From: Candidatus Latescibacterota bacterium
Lineage (GTDB): Bacteria > Latescibacterota > UBA2968 > UBA8231
DNA length: 64,000 nt
Reading direction: 5' to 3'
NCBI GenBank assembly: GCA_965203175.1
Contig: OZ241867.1
Span: 6,144,001 to 6,208,000, forward strand
The notes under the pieces were generated by a model. The model saw nothing but the letters and a program-made list of their open reading frames with translations, had not been told where the DNA came from and searched no databases. Shown here piece by piece: positions 57,444-64,000 of the stretch. Made by a program: the position numbers and the translations under genes. Position 1 is the stretch's first letter, and every line of letters begins with the position of its first letter.

Positions 57444-58118
57444 ATGGAGAGTGTGTTCATGCCCCAGGACCTCCCTTACTGGCTGCACTCCGTGAGTGTT
57501 GTCGTCACCGCGGAGTTTCACAACCCATCAATTCTTAACCCCGACTTCTTGGTGTCAAAAGAAATCGTGCCCGAGGACTGGGAGGTCTCCGAGACGATCA
57601 CGACTCCGTCGGTGTCCGTTGTGAGTTATAGCCAAGGTATCCAGTGGAGAGTAGATCAGTCGCAGCTCAATGTTGTTGAGAACTGTGAATCTTCTTTTCG
57701 GGATAACTATCACGTCTATGAGCTAGTCAACGCCTATCTGACGAAACTCCCCCATGTTCCCTATCGGAGCCTCGGGCTCAACTGTGTCTTGTCCATCAAG
57801 CAGAGCGATCCTGAACAGTGGCTGATCCAACAATTTCTGCAATCAGGCCCATGGCTTGAGGGGGAGCCCAAAGTACTTGGCATGGAACCGAAATTCAGCT
57901 TAGATGCAGGTGACGCGGTGTGCAATCTTACCTTCAACGCAGGGCAATTCACACCACCGCAAGGTGAACCTGAGACCGCCGTCATCGTAAGAAGCAACGT
58001 CCATCACGCTGGTCCACTCGACGCGAATAAGCTACACATGGCCATCAATCGTTGGCCGGAGAAGCAGAACTTTGTTATCTCGGCCCTAGACAAGCTACTA
58101 AAACAACCACAGACATGA
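57444..58118 (+). CDS. Hypothetical protein, TIGR04255-like
   Basis: FHNPSILNPDFL, LPHVPYRSLGLN, NVHH; family assignment recalled from motif pattern only. Confidence 0.6.
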   Translation: MESVFMPQDLPYWLHSVSVVVTAEFHNPSILNPDFLVSKEIVPEDWEVSETITTPSVSVVSYSQGIQWRVDQSQLNVVENCESSFRDNYHVYELVNAYLTKLPHVPYRSLGLNCVLSIKQSDPEQWLIQQFLQSGPWLEGEPKVLGMEPKFSLDAGDAVCNLTFNAGQFTPPQGEPETAVIVRSNVHHAGPLDANKLHMAINRWPEKQNFVISALDKLLKQPQT

Positions 58119-58813
58119 GTATGTTGACGGTTCCTACAGATGCCGTATTTGAGAATGCAACTGAGGCGTCGATTTCCTCTAGATGCTCGGCATTCGATAC
58201 GAGCGAGGACAGCGCCAGCTACTTCCAATCAGTGCCGGCTAGTCTCGACTCGGGTCATCAACAAATGCCACTAACGTGGCTTGGAGAGGACTTACAGACA
58301 GTTGCTATCCCTTTAGTTCATAAAGTTCTCTACGGTGACGTCACTTTCGAAGAGTGGCCCACTTTCGTTCAGATTACTACCCGTCCCGCTTGGGAACCAA
58401 CAATTGCCACCGCGAATGCACCTAAGGAGATCATTGCGGTCCTCAGACTGTTCGGGCTTGATGCAATCGCTGATCGCCTAAGCTATCTCCAACAGCTTGT
58501 CGAGGACGATCCTGACGAGCCATCCATGTCGATTGAATCGTTGAGAGCGCTAGCTCTTTTTCTTATGAGCGAACGACAACTACCCGATCCACGAATCGGC
58601 GTCACCCCAGACGGATTGGCGCAAATTGAGTGGCGGTTCCCAACTAACGGTATTCTAGCCATGGAGTTTCTGTCCTCCGGTCTAATCCGATTCGCCGCCA
58701 TCTCTGCACCAGCCCAACGCGGCGTCGAGCGACTGAGCGTCAACGGCACGTTGCCTAAGGACGCGGCCCTAGAAGCGATCCGGCCATTCACCTCGCGTCT
58801 ATCGCTCCTATGA
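58115..58813 (+). CDS. Hypothetical protein (middle gene of the coupled trio)
   Basis: ATGA overlaps on both sides; C-terminal PDPRIGVTPDGLAQIEW...LAMEF domain. Confidence 0.65.
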   Translation: MSMLTVPTDAVFENATEASISSRCSAFDTSEDSASYFQSVPASLDSGHQQMPLTWLGEDLQTVAIPLVHKVLYGDVTFEEWPTFVQITTRPAWEPTIATANAPKEIIAVLRLFGLDAIADRLSYLQQLVEDDPDEPSMSIESLRALALFLMSERQLPDPRIGVTPDGLAQIEWRFPTNGILAMEFLSSGLIRFAAISAPAQRGVERLSVNGTLPKDAALEAIRPFTSRLSLL

Positions 58814-59250
58814 CGAACCAGTCGCTTCCCGACGCCGACCATATCTCACGGTATTGCAAGCCATCGACTGTCGACGATGGAATACCGATGTTCACTGCCT
58901 TCATACCACGACAAGATGAGGATTATCTCTCGGTCAATTGGCTTGAGTATTTCGGTGAAACCGAGTTGGACGTCGCCATTGAGCGGGTTCGAGAAGTGTT
59001 TCGTAGCAAGGATTTCACACTGCGACCGAACGGTCGGTTTGCAGTGCTGAACGTCGAGGCGGCAAAGACGGCTGTCCATGAAGCGGTCGGGCGTACCTTG
59101 AACATAGATCATCTGCCCCTCAGCGACGACCCGTCCCACGCTGGTATTCTCGGATATTCTTCGGAGGACTTGGCGGTCGCCGTAGAGCTAGCAGCGCTCG
59201 TCACATACCAAGACGTACACCTAGCTATACCCGGATCTATATCGATTTAG
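58810..59250 (+). CDS. Hypothetical protein, possible ADP-ribosyltransferase-like fold
   Basis: HISRY...AF..R..EDYLSVNW...DPSHAGI pattern (early Arg, L-S-V strand, late His). Confidence 0.55.
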   Translation: MTNQSLPDADHISRYCKPSTVDDGIPMFTAFIPRQDEDYLSVNWLEYFGETELDVAIERVREVFRSKDFTLRPNGRFAVLNVEAAKTAVHEAVGRTLNIDHLPLSDDPSHAGILGYSSEDLAVAVELAALVTYQDVHLAIPGSISI

Positions 59251-59257
59251 TTCAGAC

Positions 59258-59497
59258 CTAAGTCGGAGAAGGCAATGGCCTGCCGTCTTGCCTGTAGAGT
59301 TCAATTGTCTCTTCAACGATACGGCACAGTTCTGAAAACACTTCTTGTTCGTTATCACCGTGGCAGCCACCGTAAAAGAGACCCGGACAACTGCCAACAT
59401 AGCACTGATCTTCATCAGACCATTCTACTATTTTGACGTAACTCATGCGGCCCTCAATGTATGGTCTCTCCTGCTCATCGAACTCGCCGATGATCAT
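59258..59497 (-). CDS. HicB-like antitoxin fused behind a 17-aa foreign N-terminus; probably a chimeric remnant
   Basis: MIIGEFDEQERPYIEGR then (from 59446) MSYVKIVEWSDEDQCYVGSCPGL..GGCHGD.E.EV..EL...G.PLP. Confidence 0.65.
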   Translation of the reverse strand: MIIGEFDEQERPYIEGRMSYVKIVEWSDEDQCYVGSCPGLFYGGCHGDNEQEVFSELCRIVEETIELYRQDGRPLPSPT

Positions 59498-59778
59498 AGG
59501 ATCAGCAGGGGTGGGTCTGTGTCCAAGAACTCGATCACTACGTCCGCTCCGTGCAGCCCCCGGCCCTCAACCTCCCTGAGTACCTCATCCATGGAGTCGC
59601 CTACGGCTATAACTCCCTCCTTCCCCATCGCCACCCACTTGTCGGGATGACGTTCCACTAGACTAGGGCGCTCCTTGCTCATGCAAGCGACTATTTGGTG
59701 GTAATCGTCCATCTCATCTATCAAGGCTTTGGCACCACCCAAGCCCTCAATGATCCCCTTCACATAGTCCTTGTCCAT
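59494..59778 (-). CDS. DUF5678-like small protein
   Basis: AGGAG RBS before ATG 59778; LVERHPDKWVAMGKEGVIAVGDSMDEV. Confidence 0.65.
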   Translation of the reverse strand: MDKDYVKGIIEGLGGAKALIDEMDDYHQIVACMSKERPSLVERHPDKWVAMGKEGVIAVGDSMDEVLREVEGRGLHGADVVIEFLDTDPPLLIL

Positions 59779-59809
59779 AAGATGTCTCCTTCTCTTTTGT
59801 CGTTCGTAA

Positions 59810-59962
59810 TCAACAAGAAGGCAAGCCAGCCCGTTTTCGCGCTTTGAGCGTCTTGCGCAGCAACTCAAACTCGGGTGCTGCTTCATCATACTTTTCTTTG
59901 TATTTAGGCTGCGACCGCATTTTTGCGATCAATTCTTTGTGCGTCATCATCTTTGATTTCAT
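59810..59962 (-). pseudogene. Truncated XRE/HigA-like antitoxin (N-terminal half only)
   Basis: Below the ORF-track cutoff. MKSKMMTHKELIAKMRSQPKYKEKYDEAAPEFELLRKTLKARKRAGL-PSC*, cut where the HTH (GLTQ..) should begin. Confidence 0.65.
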
Positions 59963-59987
59963 TTCGGGCTAATGGGATTTTCAATAT

Positions 59988-60869
59988 CTACTCTTCCCAC
60001 GGAATGCTCTCTCTCAGGACGAAATCGGCGCGATTCGTTATAAGATCAGTCATTCTATAGACCAGCGGATCAAGGCAATCAGAGACAAATGCTTCAAGCT
60101 GGTTCTGACGTACAAACTCGACGGAGAATATCCCGTTGAGTTTTTTTGATCGAATCTCTCTCTTGAAGGTAACATAGTCTATTCCCTGTGGCACGGGATC
60201 GGCTTTCATCGAGTCCACATAGAAAATATCGCCGCTGATAATCACCATAGGAACGAACAACCAGAAATATCGCCATTCACCAGATCGGCGGTAATCCATA
60301 ATCATTTTATGCTTCTGGGCTGTAAACGCTTTTGCCATAGGATAGAATATCGAATCGTATAAGCCGCCATGATTGGCGTGCCAGCTTTTTCCTTTACTGC
60401 GATCAATCCGGCAGAATTGGACAGCCTTCGTATCTCTTGCGAAGCCATGATGCACCTTGTCTAAACCTAGATGAAAGAACGCGGGTTTTTTTCTAACCTG
60501 AAAACCGCCTCTCGCTATTTTTTTTCGTGCCTCGTAGTTTGCAACTGGAAAAACAAACTCCTGCGGAGGGTAATGGCTATCCGCCTGATTCTTGGGCCGC
60601 CCTATGAAGACGAACGGATTCGTGCTGTTTTTGCATTCAGCGATGACCTCGACAAACGCTGATAGCTTTCTCTTTTCATTATGAGCCACTCGCCTGATCG
60701 CTCTAACGTCGATCTCACGAGATTTTCCTTCCTCGATATCCTCAAATGCCAAGTTAGTTTGGACATTGAAATTGAGAGATTCTAGTTGAGTAGCAACCTC
60801 CTGCTCCATCAAATAACCGGACTGTTTGAGTGCGTCGATAATATCTTTATGATTGGGACAATCGCTCAT
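59988..60869 (-). CDS. PD-(D/E)xK restriction-endonuclease-like protein
   Basis: SGYLMEQEV...REIDVRA...IAECKN motif; AT-rich. Confidence 0.7.
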   Translation of the reverse strand: MSDCPNHKDIIDALKQSGYLMEQEVATQLESLNFNVQTNLAFEDIEEGKSREIDVRAIRRVAHNEKRKLSAFVEVIAECKNSTNPFVFIGRPKNQADSHYPPQEFVFPVANYEARKKIARGGFQVRKKPAFFHLGLDKVHHGFARDTKAVQFCRIDRSKGKSWHANHGGLYDSIFYPMAKAFTAQKHKMIMDYRRSGEWRYFWLFVPMVIISGDIFYVDSMKADPVPQGIDYVTFKREIRSKKLNGIFSVEFVRQNQLEAFVSDCLDPLVYRMTDLITNRADFVLRESIPWEE

Positions 60870-61069
60870 TCGGCAACTTCTCCGATAGGTTAGTTGTAGC
60901 CATGACTACGCCGCCAGCGCATTCATATACGCCAAATGGGTGAACAATTGGCCGAGCATATCACAGTTCCTTTGAATTGAAAAAAAACTTTGATTTCTTC
61001 GCCGTAATCTGTCATAGTATGGTAAGCCTACCATACCGGCATTTTGAATACAGCCGTGGGAGACGAAGA

Positions 61070-61399
61070 ATGACTGAAAACATCCGATTTGAGCGAAGCT
61101 CGGGGAATGTGTTCAAGGACATTGGGTTCCCTGAGGCAGAAGCGGAACGCGAAATATTGAAGGCCGATCTCGCCGTTGAAATCTACCGCATTATCGCGGG
61201 ACGAAAACTGACGCAGGCAAAAGCTGGGGAACTCCTCGGCGTCGATCAGGCGGATGTGTCGCGCCTGAAAAACGGGGATTTCGACCGTTTCAGCGTGGAA
61301 CGGCTGTTCGCATTTCTCAACCGGCTCAATCGCAACGTCGAAATCCGCATTACGCCCGCGAAAAACGCAAAGGGACACCAGCGGGTCGTCGCAGTCTAG
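61070..61399 (+). CDS. XRE-family HTH protein (orphan HigA-like antitoxin)
   Basis: SSGNVFKDIGF, LTQAKAGELLGVDQADVSRL..G...FSVERL..FL. Confidence 0.85.
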   Translation: MTENIRFERSSGNVFKDIGFPEAEAEREILKADLAVEIYRIIAGRKLTQAKAGELLGVDQADVSRLKNGDFDRFSVERLFAFLNRLNRNVEIRITPAKNAKGHQRVVAV

Positions 61400-61414
61400 C
61401 GCCCTCCCGCTCCC

Positions 61415-62203
61415 TCACTCCTCCACCTCGGCCCACGCTCCCTTAGCCATCAGCCCCCCATCGACGCAGACATTCTCGCCAGTCATAAACGATGCCTTGT
61501 CGCTAGCCAAGAACAACATGGCATTGGCTATGTCTTCCGGCTGCCCATAGCGTCCGATCGGATGGAGCTTGGCGTAATCCTCGAAAAATTGCTCGCGCTC
61601 GTGGCCGAATGCCTCGATCACCTCATCGACCAACGGCGTCTGAATGCCCCCTGGATTAACCGCTAAAACTCGAATCCCATACTTGGCGTAGTCGAGCGCA
61701 AGCTGCCGCGTCATAGAAATAATCCCTCCCTTACTCGCAGCATAAGCCGAAACCATCGACGCCGACTGCAAGCCCTGGACGCTGGCCGTGTTGATGATGA
61801 CTCCCTTGCCCTGCTCCATCATCTGCGGCAGACAGTGCCTAGCCATCAGAAAGAAGCTCTTCAGATTGACGTCAATGATCCGATCCCACATCTCTACCGG
61901 CAGTTCGTGAGCCAGCTTATAGCTGGGCACGGGCTGGATGCCGACGTTGTTGCACAACACGTCAACACGGCCCCAATCCTCAATGATCTGCCCCACAGTC
62001 TGAGCGCAGACCTCGTCGCTGGCCACGTCGGCCTCAAAAAATCGGATCTGGCCCTCTTCCTCGGCCAAGGCCACACCAGCCTCCGCGTCTATGTCCAACA
62101 CGGCAACCTGCGCCCCTGCGCCGGCAAACGCCCGCGAAATCCCCCCGCCAATGCCCTGAGCACCGCCGGTGACGATTACTACTTGACCCGTAAAATCAGC
62201 CAT
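61415..62203 (-). CDS. SDR family NAD(P)-dependent oxidoreductase
   Basis: TGGAQGIG, NNVG, YAASK, VNPG. Confidence 0.93.
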   Translation of the reverse strand: MADFTGQVVIVTGGAQGIGGGISRAFAGAGAQVAVLDIDAEAGVALAEEEGQIRFFEADVASDEVCAQTVGQIIEDWGRVDVLCNNVGIQPVPSYKLAHELPVEMWDRIIDVNLKSFFLMARHCLPQMMEQGKGVIINTASVQGLQSASMVSAYAASKGGIISMTRQLALDYAKYGIRVLAVNPGGIQTPLVDEVIEAFGHEREQFFEDYAKLHPIGRYGQPEDIANAMLFLASDKASFMTGENVCVDGGLMAKGAWAEVEE

Positions 62204-62246
62204 GACAATCTCCTTTATGGTTTAATGGAATGTCTCATTCGCCAAT

Positions 62247-63305
62247 CTAATACTCAGCGAGTTTCTTCAATTTACAACAAAACGCCTGCTGCCCCAGCAC
62301 CTCGACCGGGAACACGCGCTCCATGTACAAATCCGGCCATGCGCCAAATGCTTCACCCAGCAGAGTGCGTTCGCTGGTCAAACACACGGCCACTCCACCA
62401 GCCTTTAGAACTCTCGCCACTTCGCTAGCAAAACCCTCATAGAGCGGACGCAGCGCTTGCAGCTTGCCGACCTTTTTGCCAAAGGGCAAGTTGCACACCA
62501 CCCGATCGACGCTGCCATCGTCCAAGGGCAAATCCCGCGCATCCCATTGGCGAATGTCAATCGGCTTGTAGCGCGGACCGACATTTGTGCGGGTGGCAGC
62601 CACGGCTTCCGGGCGAATGTCTCCGCCCAAAAGCTGGGCGTAGCGGCCGTGCATCCCCCGCTCAATGAGAATAGTCCCAGCCCCGCACATGGGATCGAGA
62701 AAGACATCGCCGTCCGCTGGCTCGGATAGCATCACCAAGGCCCGCGCCACCGTCGGCCGCAGCGAAGCCTCCACTTGCGCGACCTTGTACGTGCGATGGC
62801 GCATGGTCTCGTCGGAAAGGCGCACCCCACAGAGCAGCTCGCCCGCGGCCTCCAAACCCCACACCTCCAACAGCGCTTGCTCAGCCATGTGCTTCCAGCG
62901 CGGGAACCGCCACGCCACGGCCTTCTGCAAGGCGCGGCGCATCTCTTGGCGCACATAGCGCTGCTGCCCGCCGCGACGCTGGACCACGATCCGATAGGTG
63001 ATGCGCTTGATCCGCTTGGGGCGCGCGCGGCGATGCGCACCCACCGCGTCTTCAAAAAGCGGCGACTCCGCGACAAGTGTGCCAGCCTGTGCCAAACCCT
63101 CCCGTCCTGTAGCCACCGGGCCGCGCGCCACCAGCGCAAACACATCCTCAGTCGTCCCCAATCCGAGCAAGTCTTGCGGCGGGGCATCCGTCGCAAAGAA
63201 CACCACGCCGCGCTGTTGGCCCTGCCGCTCGGCTCCCAAGCGCGCTGCAATTTCTCGTTGAGCGATATCCTCTAGCCCGGGGGCGACAAACGCGTAGAAC
63301 TGCAC
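62247..63305 (-). CDS. THUMP-domain RNA methyltransferase (UPF0020 / Trm14-like)
   Basis: PGLEDIA..E, ASLRPTVA, LDPMCGAGTILIE, NLPFG. Confidence 0.85.
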   Translation of the reverse strand: MQFYAFVAPGLEDIAQREIAARLGAERQGQQRGVVFFATDAPPQDLLGLGTTEDVFALVARGPVATGREGLAQAGTLVAESPLFEDAVGAHRRARPKRIKRITYRIVVQRRGGQQRYVRQEMRRALQKAVAWRFPRWKHMAEQALLEVWGLEAAGELLCGVRLSDETMRHRTYKVAQVEASLRPTVARALVMLSEPADGDVFLDPMCGAGTILIERGMHGRYAQLLGGDIRPEAVAATRTNVGPRYKPIDIRQWDARDLPLDDGSVDRVVCNLPFGKKVGKLQALRPLYEGFASEVARVLKAGGVAVCLTSERTLLGEAFGAWPDLYMERVFPVEVLGQQAFCCKLKKLAEY

Positions 63306-63309
63306 GGCA

Positions 63310-63999
63310 CTATTCGTAGAGATCGTTTAGATCAGCGGCAGCCAGCTCGACCAAAAACTCGGCGAGTTGCGCTGCCACTTGCTCCAAGCAGCGGCGGCCC
63401 TTCTCCGGGGTAGCTTGGCGCGGGTCACCGATGCCCGTGTCGTCGGTCGCCTGCGTCCAGTCGCGCTGGGTCCAGACCCAGCCCTCCCGCAGCGCGGCGA
63501 GCTTAAACTTGTGCTCGCGGCCACTGCCCGCCTCTGACAGAGGCAACACCCAATCCGGCCGCAAGTATTGCATGAGACTGGTCTCCATCTCGTTGGCATG
63601 ATCGCCACCCTCCGCGAAAATCCCCATATCCACGATGCGATACCAATCCATGCAGCAAATAAAAATCGCATGGCGCGTCAACAGTTCCCGCACCATCTGC
63701 TTGAAGTCATTGCCGCCGTGGCCGTTCACAATGAGCAGTTTGGGAATGCCCTGATGGGCGAGCACTTCGACCAAGTCTTGCAGGACGGCGAACTGAGTCG
63801 AGGGATTGAGATTGAGGTCCAGCTTGATGTCGAGCTGGCCGGTGTTGACGCCAAAGGGCACGGTCGGCAAGACGATGACCTTGGCGTCCTGCTCCCAAGC
63901 AATACGAGCCGCAGCCGCAACGATCTCGTCGCACTGCACCACATCGGTCGAATAAGGCAGGTGGTAATTGTGCGCTTCCGTCGCCCCCCACGGGAGAAT
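63310..63999 (-). CDS. Creatininase family protein, partial (start outside the window)
   Basis: Frame open to the window edge: ILPWGATEAHNYHLPYSTD...NGHGGN...DHANEMETS. Confidence 0.9.
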   Translation of the reverse strand: MLPWGATEAHNYHLPYSTDVVQCDEIVAAAARIAWEQDAKVIVLPTVPFGVNTGQLDIKLDLNLNPSTQFAVLQDLVEVLAHQGIPKLLIVNGHGGNDFKQMVRELLTRHAIFICCMDWYRIVDMGIFAEGGDHANEMETSLMQYLRPDWVLPLSEAGSGREHKFKLAALREGWVWTQRDWTQATDDTGIGDPRQATPEKGRRCLEQVAAQLAEFLVELAAADLNDLYE

Positions 64000-64000
64000 C

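Noticed and set aside
60906-60959. tmRNA tag-like ORF ending ALAA* (minus strand, MLGQLFTHLAYMNALAA)
   Set aside because: No tRNA-like ends and no room for a tmRNA; more likely a gene-end relic or chance.

Overview
GC-rich bacterial DNA. The gene content suggests an FCB-group organism, most like Candidatus Latescibacterota and possibly a marine-sponge symbiont; this is inferred from DUF6785 permeases, FlgD/T9SS-type C-terminal domains, a CRTAC1/FG-GAP protein and an LDL-receptor YWTD-repeat lipoprotein. The main feature is a co-directional ~22-kb cluster (8.0-29.8 kb). It holds two secreted proteins with FlgD/T9SS-like C-terminal domains, three tandem paralogous ~900-1040-aa exported proteins rich in beta strands and DxDxDG motifs, a 1080-aa TPR protein, lipoproteins, a membrane-anchored DUF4159 protein, a CsgG/FlgT-like protein and an ExbB-ExbD-ExbD motor. 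It looks like an undescribed proton-driven envelope transport machine. The rest is housekeeping or metabolic genes (selB, Sua5/YciO, sppA, SelA-like enzyme, creatininases, SNF2 helicase, SDR, THUMP methyltransferase) interrupted by three accessory pockets (34.9-36.2, 47.7-52.1 and 57.3-61.4 kb). The first two pockets are bounded by diverged copies of neighbouring gene ends and the third is built from gene fragments. They carry TA modules, a nuclease, repeat lipoproteins and a coupled three-gene cassette behind a structured leader. No rRNA, tRNA, CRISPR array, integrase or transposase was recognised. All family calls come from motif recognition by eye, not database searches.
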